Source: a virus. From it: a stretch of DNA of 64,000 bases. Of the stretch, positions 18,628-27,128 are shown piece by piece; position 1 is the stretch's first letter; the number at the start of each line of letters is the position of its first letter. The translations under genes and the position numbers were made by a program. Below the pieces are notes generated by a model. The model was not told the origin of the DNA. It ran no database searches and worked only from the letters and a program-made list of their open reading frames with translations. The stretch lies in IMG/VR virus record IMGVR_UViG_3300046517_002960, positions 32,001-96,000 of that record; one strand, given 5' to 3'.

Positions 18628-19293
18628 ATGTTCAGCATGGAGATCCCCGGCACGAACGGTAACACGCTGGTCGTCCAGAGCGACGGCCCCGGCCAGGTCA
18701 CGGTCAGCGTCCTCGGCCCGCGGGGCGGCGAGCTCGGCAGCGCTGCCCTGACCGAGCGTACGGCGGCCCAGGCGGCGACCGCGCTCATGCACGCCTACCA
18801 GGGCCGCTGGACCAGCACGCCAGTCCGGGAGAACGGCACGGGCCTTCCCGGGGGCAGCCGGCTCACGTACTTCGACTACCGCAAGGCCTGGTTCGGCAGC
18901 AGCGAGCGGACGATCGGCATCGCCGCGGCCGTCAGCGAGGCTGGCGGCGGCGATGCCTGGAATTTCGAGGTGGCCGAGGTGAACCTGGGCCAGTACGGCA
19001 CCGCGCTGCAGGTGCGGGTGTTCGATGACGGGTTCGCCGCGTTCGCCGAGCTGCCGGAGTTCTTCGCTGCCCTGGCGGCAGGCGGCCCGGAGACCCTGGA
19101 CGGCGTCGTGGTGCTGCTGGAGGACCTGGGGGCGGCTGACCGGACTGCCACCGAGCCGCCGTACCCGCCAGAGGCGGACCCGGTGGAGAAAGCGGCGGCG
19201 GTCATCCGGAACCACCCCTCCGGGACCCGGGACCGCAAGCAGGCCCTGGCCGTGGCGGCGGCGGTGCTGGCCGAGCTCGGGCTGAGCCCGTGA
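18628..19293 (+). CDS. hypothetical protein
   Basis: RBS gaacaggagac. Confidence 0.7.
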   Translation: MFSMEIPGTNGNTLVVQSDGPGQVTVSVLGPRGGELGSAALTERTAAQAATALMHAYQGRWTSTPVRENGTGLPGGSRLTYFDYRKAWFGSSERTIGIAAAVSEAGGGDAWNFEVAEVNLGQYGTALQVRVFDDGFAAFAELPEFFAALAAGGPETLDGVVVLLEDLGAADRTATEPPYPPEADPVEKAAAVIRNHPSGTRDRKQALAVAAAVLAELGLSP

Positions 19294-19511
19294 GCGCTGC
19301 GCCGCGGATGGAGGACAGCTGCCCGCACCAGCCCCGGCTGGCGTACTGCGATGCCTGCTCGTCGGTGCCGCGGATGTCCCGGTGGGCGGTAACGCTGACC
19401 GGGTACCAGCTAGCCGATGCGCTCGAGACCATCGACCGCGAGCCCCGCTACTACCAGCCGCCAGAACGCAAGGCGGTCCTCATCGAGGCCGCCCGGCGGC
19501 TGCGGCCGTAA
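19290..19511 (+). CDS. small Cys-containing protein
   Basis: GTGA overlap; CPH..CDAC. Confidence 0.55.
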   Translation: MSAAPRMEDSCPHQPRLAYCDACSSVPRMSRWAVTLTGYQLADALETIDREPRYYQPPERKAVLIEAARRLRP

Positions 19512-19538
19512 GACAGCGACGAGAACAGGAGAACGATC

Positions 19539-19940
19539 ATGGCAGTTACCCAGCACCGGACCGGGTTCTTCCTGACCGGGGACCTGGCCGTGAGACTCAC
19601 GGTCTTCGACCACCACTGCCCGCAGGTCCCGGACAGCGCCTGGGAGGCGTTCGAGCGCGGCTGGCGGCACGCGCACGGCAGCGACGTACCCGGCGGCGGC
19701 ACGATCACCGGGTACGTGACCGGCCACGCAGGCTGGACCTGGGACACCACGTTCACGGACGGCACCGTCGTCATCGGCGACCCGGACGGGCCGCTGTCCC
19801 TGGAAAGCGAGCCAGCCGGGCCGGGAGGCTGCCGCATCGTCTTCTGGGACGACGGGACGCCGTACGACACCGGGCTGCGGGTCTGGGAGGGCGAGGCAGG
19901 CATCATCGCCGCGCTGCTGCGCGAGCACAAGGACAGCTGA
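19539..19940 (+). CDS. hypothetical protein
   Basis: RBS gaacaggagaa. Confidence 0.7.
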   Translation: MAVTQHRTGFFLTGDLAVRLTVFDHHCPQVPDSAWEAFERGWRHAHGSDVPGGGTITGYVTGHAGWTWDTTFTDGTVVIGDPDGPLSLESEPAGPGGCRIVFWDDGTPYDTGLRVWEGEAGIIAALLREHKDS

Positions 19941-19958
19941 GGGAGCAGGAGAACGACC

Positions 19959-20582
19959 ATGACAAGCACGATCTACCTCTACGAGGACAACGCCGGCGGG
20001 CTGCACGCGCGCAAGGACGACGGCCCGGTCTGGGACTTCGGCACCTGCGGCGCCATCACTGGCCCGGAACCCCGGATGTTCCTGCCCGACGCGCTCGCCT
20101 GGCTGAAGGGCGACTGGGAGCCCGGCGAGAACGACGGCCAGCACACCTGCGGCGACACCGAGCCTGCCGAGGGGAACAAGCTGATCGCCACCTGCGACGA
20201 CGAGCGCGTCACCGTGATCCGGGAGCACGGCGAGCCGGTCGCGGGCGGGTCCGGCCGCGCCTACCTCGGCCCCGAGCTGCTGGCGCTCCCCCCGGAGCAG
20301 GCCCCGAAGCGGCAGTGCTACTGGGTCCCGGAGGAGCAGTTCGATGACGAGGGCTGGATCCCCTCGCTGGTGACCGAGGGCGAGCCGGGCCATGACCCGT
20401 TCACCGGCAAAGGCCCGTGCGCCAGCCCGTGGCACTGGGGACGGACCCTGGACGAAGCGCGGGCGACCGCGGCGCGGATGAACGAGCAGGACTTTCACCT
20501 CTCGGAGCAGGACGTGCTGGAGATCAGGCTGTCGTCCATAGCGGCGCACCTGGCCGCGGGAGGCGAGCGCAGGTACAGCTGA
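19959..20582 (+). CDS. two-domain hypothetical protein
   Basis: RBS caggagaa. Confidence 0.7.
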   Translation: MTSTIYLYEDNAGGLHARKDDGPVWDFGTCGAITGPEPRMFLPDALAWLKGDWEPGENDGQHTCGDTEPAEGNKLIATCDDERVTVIREHGEPVAGGSGRAYLGPELLALPPEQAPKRQCYWVPEEQFDDEGWIPSLVTEGEPGHDPFTGKGPCASPWHWGRTLDEARATAARMNEQDFHLSEQDVLEIRLSSIAAHLAAGGERRYS

Positions 20583-20751
20583 GCACGCTCACCACCCGCG
20601 ACCGGACAGCGCAGGCCAGGCCCCCGTGCAGGTCCAGGCCGGCCCGGTCACGGGCGGAGGGCGGGCCGGCGGGTTGCCCCCCGGGCCTGAGCAGCGCCAG
20701 CAGCCCTGGTCCCGGGTTCCCGGGGCACTCGGCCGGCCGTCCCTCCGCCTG

Positions 20752-21468
20752 TCACGGCGCGGTCCACCAGTCCAGCCGCATGACCTTCTCCGTGGCCAGC
20801 CCGGCCGGAATGCGGCGGCCGTCCGGACCGGGCAGCCACACCCGGGCGCAGGCATTGATCACCACGTCGTCGCTGCAGTACGGCCAGGTCCACAGCGGCT
20901 CCCGGGTCATCCCCAGCGGCTCGAGCACCGCGCCCAGCGGCGCCCCGGTCTCCTCCAGGGCGCGCAGCGCGTCCGCGCCGCCCGGGCAGTCCCGGACCCG
21001 GCCGGGGATGACCAGCGAGGTAACCCGGGCGCACAGCCGGCTGCCGCGGGCGGTGCGCAGCTCGCCGCGGCGCCGCAGCGCCAGTATCCGGCCGTCCAGG
21101 TGCGTGACCAGGTGCTTGCGCTCGCCCGCCGTCATCGGCGTGGTGCCGTCCCGCACCACCCGGGCAGTGACCGGCTCGCCGGCGTACTCCCCGGCCAGGT
21201 TCGTGAACAGCTCCCCGGCGGCCATCCGGCGGACCAGGGCGCCCACGGGGCTGACGTCGTGCTCGTCCGGGAGCAGGGTGGGCAGGCCCCCCGGCGGCCC
21301 CGGCAGGCGCTCGTCCAGGGCACGGGTGATGCCCGCCACCTTGGCGGCGTCCGGGGCGTCGGCGTCGGCGATGCGCCGGATGACGGCGATGACGTCGAAG
21401 AACGTGCCGAGCAGGGACAGGTCGGGGGGCAGGTCAAGGCCGGCGGAGGGCGCGGGTGTCTGCTGCAT
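20752..21468 (-). CDS. possible chorismate-lyase/UTRA-fold protein
   Basis: RRRGEL..CARVTSLVIPGRV..LEETGAPLGAVL; TACTTT box 6 nt before ATG (leaderless). Confidence 0.45.
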   Translation of the reverse strand: MQQTPAPSAGLDLPPDLSLLGTFFDVIAVIRRIADADAPDAAKVAGITRALDERLPGPPGGLPTLLPDEHDVSPVGALVRRMAAGELFTNLAGEYAGEPVTARVVRDGTTPMTAGERKHLVTHLDGRILALRRRGELRTARGSRLCARVTSLVIPGRVRDCPGGADALRALEETGAPLGAVLEPLGMTREPLWTWPYCSDDVVINACARVWLPGPDGRRIPAGLATEKVMRLDWWTAP

Positions 21469-21573
21469 GAACCGAAAGTAGTCCCGCGGTCACGCAAAAG
21501 CGATCAGCAGAGCGTAGTTTTTTCACGCTCAGTAGCACGCCGGTTACAATGCGGAGGCTCAGAGGTGCGGCCG

Positions 21574-22470
21574 TCAGAACCGCCCGCCCAGCTTCGCCCA
21601 GCTCCAGCAAACCGGGCTGACCGCCGTGGTATAGCAGCACATCGCGCCCTCGGCGTTGACGTAGATGACCCGCATCCGGTCGTTCGCCGGGTCGTACGCG
21701 ATGCCCGCGCCGCCCCGCGCACCGGACTGGCCCGGGTCAGCCGCCGCCCAGGAGCCGTCCCCGATCTTCACGTTGACCTGGCCGTTACCCTCCCAGACGC
21801 CGACATGCCAGGGCCGCCCGGACCCGTCGAACGCGACGTCCGCGGCGTACGTGCTCCCGGCTGCGCTGGCTGCCCCGGATGGCCGTGGCCACTGGCCGTG
21901 ATCCGTAGTCCAGGCCTCGTCGTCATCGATCGTCCCGCCGCACATGGCGAAGTCGTACTTGACCTGCCGTAGCTGGGCGCGGGGTTCCCACATCCCCTCG
22001 CTCCAGCTACGGCACTGCCACGCGTAGGTGATCCGGCCCGCATCGAGCTGCCGCTTGCAGAACGAGTCGTCGCCGTACCCGCCGGCCCGGGCCTTGCCGA
22101 TGACCGACTTCACCCCGTCGAAGTACGCGTCGACCAGGGCCTTCTGATCCGGGGCCATGACCTCGAAATCCTGGTCGCAGCTGAAGTACAGCGGGATGCC
22201 GCGCAGGCCCAGGCCGTTCGCGAAGCTGTCCGCGGCCCGCGCGTCGGCCTGACCGCCGGAGTAGCCCCGGGATGTCTGGGTCTTGCCGTCCTGGTGCACG
22301 ATGCACACGCTCATGCCCAGCGACATCAGCTTGTCGAGTTCGGCCTTCGACAGGTTCTTCGTCGGATCGCTGGAGCTGTACCGGCAGGCAAACGTGTACC
22401 CGGCGTTCTTCATGCAGTTCAGGTCGGGGCGGGACCACGAGTAGTCGCAGCCCCTGGCTACCAGCGGCAT
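21574..22470 (-). CDS. DUF1906 (Rv2525c-like) glycoside hydrolase, putative lysin
   Basis: GCDYS..F.CRY..KNLSKAE..GQADA..PLYFSCDQD..GGYG..YAWQ..W; C-terminal beta-rich domain. Confidence 0.85.
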   Translation of the reverse strand: MPLVARGCDYSWSRPDLNCMKNAGYTFACRYSSSDPTKNLSKAELDKLMSLGMSVCIVHQDGKTQTSRGYSGGQADARAADSFANGLGLRGIPLYFSCDQDFEVMAPDQKALVDAYFDGVKSVIGKARAGGYGDDSFCKRQLDAGRITYAWQCRSWSEGMWEPRAQLRQVKYDFAMCGGTIDDDEAWTTDHGQWPRPSGAASAAGSTYAADVAFDGSGRPWHVGVWEGNGQVNVKIGDGSWAAADPGQSGARGGAGIAYDPANDRMRVIYVNAEGAMCCYTTAVSPVCWSWAKLGGRF

Positions 22471-22561
22471 GCCGGGCTCCTCCGCACGAGGGGGGATTTC
22501 CCGGCTCCCGATTCTCCGGCTGACCGGAGGAAGGCCGCGGGCTCCAGCCCCAGCGTAGCCC

Positions 22562-23320
22562 TTACTGCCGCCCCCCGCCCCCGGCGTGACGGCCGGGCGG
22601 CGGGTCAGGCAGCGGCGGCGGGTCCGGCGGCGCGGCGGCGATGTCGGCCAGCTGCTTCTCCCACCGGTCCAGCCCGGCGCCGCACTCGGCCAGGATAGCC
22701 CGCAGCATCACGGTCAGGCTGTCCCCGAACGCGTTCAGCCGGGTCACCCGGGCCTGGGCCTCCACCGGCCCCTCGGCGGCGATCCGGGCCGCGGTCAGCC
22801 GGGCCTGGGCCTCGGCCTCGGCGGTGGTCCGGGCGGCGACGGCCTCAGCCTCGGCCAGGGTCCGGCCGGCCCGCTCCCGGGTGGTCCGCATCAGCTGCGC
22901 CGCGGTCTGCCGGGCGTCGTCCAGCTGGGCGTCGGCGGTGCGCTGGGCCGCGTCCAGCAGCCGCAGCGCGTCGGCCCGGGCCTGCTCCCGGCCGCTCTCG
23001 CCGCGCAGCCGGTCCCGCTCGGAGCGGGTCAGCCGCAGCTCCCCGCGAAGCTGGCCCACCTCGGCGTCGGCCGCCGACCGGGCGGTGGCCAGCTCCGAGC
23101 GGACGCTGCCCGCCTCGGCGCGGGCGTCCCGCAGCTGCCCGGCACACGCCTTCTGCGCGTCCTGCGCGTCCCGCAGCGCGCCGGCGCACCGGGTCAGGAA
23201 CTCGCGGACCTGCACCGGGTCCAGGCCGCCCCGGCGGACGGTCATGAGATCGGCGGCGGTGATGTCATCCGGGGACAGCGGGCCGGCCGGCGGCCTGCCT
23301 CCCGGTGCCTGCGAGGTCAC
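22562..23320 (-). CDS. divIVA: DivIVA-domain coiled-coil protein
   Basis: LSPDDITAADLMTVRRGGLDPVQVREFL followed by a long coiled coil. Confidence 0.75.
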   Translation of the reverse strand: MTSQAPGGRPPAGPLSPDDITAADLMTVRRGGLDPVQVREFLTRCAGALRDAQDAQKACAGQLRDARAEAGSVRSELATARSAADAEVGQLRGELRLTRSERDRLRGESGREQARADALRLLDAAQRTADAQLDDARQTAAQLMRTTRERAGRTLAEAEAVAARTTAEAEAQARLTAARIAAEGPVEAQARVTRLNAFGDSLTVMLRAILAECGAGLDRWEKQLADIAAAPPDPPPLPDPPPGRHAGGGGRQ

Positions 23321-23321
23321 G

Positions 23322-24452
23322 TCAGTCTCCCCACTGCTCGGCGTGGACCTGCCCGCCGGGCACGCCGAGGCCGATCAGGCGGCCGGTGGTGACCTGGACC
23401 ATCGCGGGAGACCCGCACACGTAGCACTCCCAGCCGGACCAGTCGCCGTCGCGGGCGGCCACGTCGATGACGGTGCCGCGGGCGCCGTCCCAGGAGGCGG
23501 GGGCGCGACCGGACACCGCCGGGACCACCTCCAGCCACGGCCGGGCGCGGGCCTTGGCGGCCAGGGCGTCCAGGTCGTACAGCCCGTCCGGGGTCTGCGC
23601 GCCGAAGTACAGCCGGACCGCGGGCGGGTCCGGGCGGGCGGCCAGCTCCTCCAGCATTGCCGCCAGCGGGGCCAGCCCGGTCGACCCGGCCAGCATCAGC
23701 ACCGGCCGGGGCGTGGCGGCCAGGGTCAGGACCCCGGACGGGGCCGACAGCCGCATCGCGTCGCCCGGGGCGGCCCGCGCGGTGATCGCCGTGGAGAAGA
23801 TCCCGCCGTCGACCGCGCGCACGTGGAAGATCATCGTCCGGCCGTCGCCGGGCGGGTTGGCCGGCGACAGCGGGCGGCGGAACCGGGGCAGCCCGGAGCC
23901 CCGGCCCGGGTCCCGGGTGCCCAGCCACTCGGCCAGCACCGACTGCCCGGCCGTCCAGGCCATCGGGACGGCCAGCCGCACGGCCAGTACGGCGATGTCG
24001 GCGGTGCGGTGCGCGACATCGGTCACGGTGGCGTCCCAGGCGCGCGGCAGGCCGTCGTCCTCGGTGAACGCGGCGGTCATCAGCTTGGCCAGCGCGGTGT
24101 AGGCCTCCGCCCATTCCGCGGCCAGGTCCTCGGTCCAGTCCGCGCCCTTGTGCGCGGCCAGCGCGTACAGCAGCGCGCTGCCGACCAGGTCCCAGTCGCC
24201 GGGCTCGGGGCCGTAGAACCGGTGGTTCTTGCCCAGGCCGCGGGCCAGCTGCGCCAGCACGGCCTCGTCGTCCAGGTGGGTGAGGACCTTCAGCAGCGCG
24301 GCCAGCAGCCGGTCCCGCTGCCGGTCCATGCCGGGCGGGAACATCTCCATCACCCGCTGGCCCCCGGCGCGGAACAGCTCGGCGTAGAACAGCCGGGCCA
24401 GCTCCGCGGTATCGACTCCGGACAGGCTGGCGGCCAGGATCTGGGCATCCAC
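23322..24452 (-). CDS. globin + FAD/NAD-binding oxidoreductase (flavohaemoglobin-like)
   Basis: FYAELF..MFP..QRDRL..LGKNHRFYG; FHVRAVDGGIFS; LAGSTGLAP; YVCGSPAMV; SD GGGAGG before GTG. Confidence 0.88.
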   Translation of the reverse strand: MDAQILAASLSGVDTAELARLFYAELFRAGGQRVMEMFPPGMDRQRDRLLAALLKVLTHLDDEAVLAQLARGLGKNHRFYGPEPGDWDLVGSALLYALAAHKGADWTEDLAAEWAEAYTALAKLMTAAFTEDDGLPRAWDATVTDVAHRTADIAVLAVRLAVPMAWTAGQSVLAEWLGTRDPGRGSGLPRFRRPLSPANPPGDGRTMIFHVRAVDGGIFSTAITARAAPGDAMRLSAPSGVLTLAATPRPVLMLAGSTGLAPLAAMLEELAARPDPPAVRLYFGAQTPDGLYDLDALAAKARARPWLEVVPAVSGRAPASWDGARGTVIDVAARDGDWSGWECYVCGSPAMVQVTTGRLIGLGVPGGQVHAEQWGD

Positions 24453-24775
24453 CAGGGACGGGCCTCCCGCTTGGGTGCTGAAGCCGGACCAGGCCAGTAA
24501 AGACCTTCGGCGCCCGGATCGCAAGAGCAGGCGCCGGATCCCGGCCGCGAGCCCAGAACCGGGTCAGCGCCCGCAGCACCTCACAGCCGTCGCACGCGCA
24601 CCACATCGCCATGCCGCAGCGCGGGCACCAGTCATAATCCGCAGGCGGGAAGGTTCCGGGCACGTGCTCGTGATGCTCGGTCGGCACACCGCAGTACAGG
24701 CACTCCGGGATGCGGTCCCGGTGACGCGATCCCGGCAGGGGCCTGGCAGCGGAGAACGGCGGGTCCCCGTTCGGC

Positions 24776-26074
24776 TCAGTCCCAGGTGGCGTCATCGGCC
24801 GCCGCCGCGTAGTCGTTGCACTCAGGGCAGTCACGGCAGGCCCGGCCGCCACACACCCGGCACCCGCACGGCCCGGGGGAGTGACCCGGATTCCGGGCAG
24901 GCTCGTACGGGTCCTGGTAGTCCGGATCACGGCGCCACATCATGTCCTCGTCACGCATGCCGGTGTTGCCGAACACGTCCCAGTACGCCTGCTCGCCCTG
25001 CGGCTCGCCGAAAGCCCAGATGCTCTGGCCGTAGCCTGGCGGCTCGCCGTACCCGGGCTGCATGAACTCCGCCGGGGTCGGCCGGAAGCCGGTGCGGGAG
25101 CGGTACTCCGGGTCCGGCAGGTACCCGTCCGCCACCGCGTCCAGCTCCGGCTCGCCTAGCGTGCAGTCACCACTCTCGGCGCAGGCCTGCGCCATCGCGT
25201 CGGCCACGTCCCGCCACAGCGGTTCCGGCCACAGCCGCTGCCCGTCCGCGGTCACGTGCGGATCCAGGCCGCGGCGCCCGGCCACGTACCAGGCGGCGTA
25301 ATCCAGGTCGGCCGCGAACGCGGCGTCGCCGTCGCCCGTCAGCATCCGGGCCTTCCCGGCGTACTGCCAGGCGGTCAGAAGCGGCTCAGCGGCCGTCTCA
25401 GGCGCGTACGGAGGCAGCTGAGGCGGGGGCCTGCCGTCCGCCAGCGCGGCCAGCACGTCGCCGTGACACGGCTCCGGCTTGCAGCAGCAGCCCAGCACCT
25501 TGCCGCGCAGCTCACCCAGCCGGGCCAGCAGCGCGGGCTGGGTCATGATCCAGGCCTCGTACTTCGCGATCACCGCGGCGCGGTCGCCGTCCCGGCCGAG
25601 GACGTACGGGTTGCCCCACTGGCCGGGCCGCATGATGTTCACCTCGCACGGCTCGTGCCGCAGGTTCACCGCCCGGGTAGCCCGGGGGCGCGGGTCGCCG
25701 CAGCCTTCCGGGTCGCCGTCCGCGCTCTCCCAGGCCGGGTCGCCGGAGTGCCGGTACTGTCCCGGCTGCAGGACCAGGGGCGGCGGGGGAGGCTGCGGCG
25801 GAGCCGGCCGGGCCTGGGCAGCAGGGGAAAGCCCGGCCGTCACCGCATCGAAAACCCACCGCGGCCAGGTATGAACCCGCAGCGGGCCTTCAGTGGTCAG
25901 CGCCGGGGCGATCCCGTGCCAGCGTGCTAGCCGTGCGGTCCGCAAGCCTAGCTCGAGCAGGAACCCGTACGTGACAGGAAAGCCCCGGGCTGACGCATAG
26001 TAGTACGTCGTGCACCGCGTGTGGGGTTCGGGCACGGGAAGCTGCGTAACCGCCTCGTAAGGGCCGCCGCTCAC
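24776..26074 (-). CDS. multi-domain protein with central DUF4326 domain
   Basis: IMRPGQWGNPY...LRGKVLGCCCKPEPCHGDVLA. Confidence 0.8.
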   Translation of the reverse strand: MSGGPYEAVTQLPVPEPHTRCTTYYYASARGFPVTYGFLLELGLRTARLARWHGIAPALTTEGPLRVHTWPRWVFDAVTAGLSPAAQARPAPPQPPPPPLVLQPGQYRHSGDPAWESADGDPEGCGDPRPRATRAVNLRHEPCEVNIMRPGQWGNPYVLGRDGDRAAVIAKYEAWIMTQPALLARLGELRGKVLGCCCKPEPCHGDVLAALADGRPPPQLPPYAPETAAEPLLTAWQYAGKARMLTGDGDAAFAADLDYAAWYVAGRRGLDPHVTADGQRLWPEPLWRDVADAMAQACAESGDCTLGEPELDAVADGYLPDPEYRSRTGFRPTPAEFMQPGYGEPPGYGQSIWAFGEPQGEQAYWDVFGNTGMRDEDMMWRRDPDYQDPYEPARNPGHSPGPCGCRVCGGRACRDCPECNDYAAAADDATWD

Positions 26075-26313
26075 CGGATCGCCGCCATCGGCTCGAGCGC
26101 GCGGCACAGCGGGCACCACACCAGGCCGGCCAGGCCCGCCGCGCGGATCTTGTCCTCCACCCCGGCCCGGGTCATCCGCGGCCACAGCCGCAGTACCTGG
26201 CACGGGGACAGCCCGGCGGCGTACAGCTGCCCGGCCATCGCAGGGGTCAGCGTCTTCGGCAGCGGCGGCACCGGGGGCGCGGGCATGCCGGGCAGCGGCT
26301 CCTGGTCACTCAT
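26071..26313 (-). CDS. hypothetical protein (HTH-like + CPLC)
   Basis: Coupled ORF. Confidence 0.55.
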   Translation of the reverse strand: MSDQEPLPGMPAPPVPPLPKTLTPAMAGQLYAAGLSPCQVLRLWPRMTRAGVEDKIRAAGLAGLVWCPLCRALEPMAAIR

Positions 26314-26465
26314 CGCCGTCCCCCGCATCACCGTGCTCCGCCAGCCCGCCGTCGATCACCCGCAGCACCGGGGCCTCCTCGCGGATCACGAGTCCCGGAT
26401 CGCCGTAGACGGCCCGCAGCAGCCGCTGCACGGCGTCCTGGTTCAGCGGCGCCTGGCCGCGGCGC

Positions 26466-26618
26466 TCAGCCACGGCGGGCCACCTCGTCCAGCATCTCGC
26501 GGAAGCCCAGATCGATGATCATGTCCGCGGTGCAGATCAGGCAGTCCTGCCCGGGCGGGTGCCGGCCGCAGTCGCCGAGCCGGTCCGCCAGGGCCGCGAG
26601 CACGAGCAGGCGGCTCAC
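26466..26618 (-). CDS. small hypothetical protein
   Basis: GTGA overlap; Cys cluster. Confidence 0.5.
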   Translation of the reverse strand: MSRLLVLAALADRLGDCGRHPPGQDCLICTADMIIDLGFREMLDEVARRG

Positions 26619-26818
26619 CGGAACCCCCGCGCCCGCAGCAAGGTGATCTCGTCCGGGCTGTAGTTCCCGGTGGCCGCCAGGTACAGCAGGTACCCCTCCG
26701 CTCGCGGGCAGAACGTCCCGCCCCCGGCTGCACCGGGGCGCGCCCCGCAGTCGCCTTCGCACTGGCAGCCGCGCGAGCTCCGCTGGCCGGCGCAGTGCGC
26801 GCAGTCACTCGTCGTCAT
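26615..26818 (-). CDS. small Cys-rich protein
   Basis: RBS gggagac; CAHC..CQCEGDC. Confidence 0.6.
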   Translation of the reverse strand: MTTSDCAHCAGQRSSRGCQCEGDCGARPGAAGGGTFCPRAEGYLLYLAATGNYSPDEITLLRARGFR

Positions 26819-26843
26819 CCCTGTCTCCCGTATCTGTCTGTTG

Positions 26844-26858
26844 CAGTATACGTCACAG
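26844..26858 (-). promoter_or_regulatory. promoter motif CTGTGACGTATACTG
   Basis: 13/15 match to the 6361/52451 motif; directly upstream of the 26818 gene. Confidence 0.6.
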
Positions 26859-27128
26859 CTGCGTCCGGCAGACTCGCCAGCGGCGGTACGCACGGGTCTC
26901 GCGGTTGGACCGGTCGATTTCCAGCCTGAGCACGACAGTAGGCACCAGGACGAGGTAGAACCGCCAGCCTTCCCACCAGCCGCCGTCCCAGCCCTGCACG
27001 TCATGAACCCAGTACAGGCCGATCCAGGTGTCGTGCGGGTCGAAGTACGGCCCCCTGAAGTGCACCCGCGGATAGTCCTCATCCGGCAGGGCGGCGACCC
27101 TGGCGCGGCGGCAGCCGGTCACGCTCAC
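26853..27128 (-). CDS. Trp-rich hypothetical protein
   Basis: FDPHDTWIGLYW..FYLVLVPTVVLR. Confidence 0.6.
   Translation of the reverse strand: MSVTGCRRARVAALPDEDYPRVHFRGPYFDPHDTWIGLYWVHDVQGWDGGWWEGWRFYLVLVPTVVLRLEIDRSNRETRAYRRWRVCRTQL

Noticed and set aside
24453-24524. Longer flavohaemoglobin start at 24524 containing a TTA
   Set aside because: A good SD precedes GTG at 24452 and the extension looks non-coding, so this TTA was not counted as a gate
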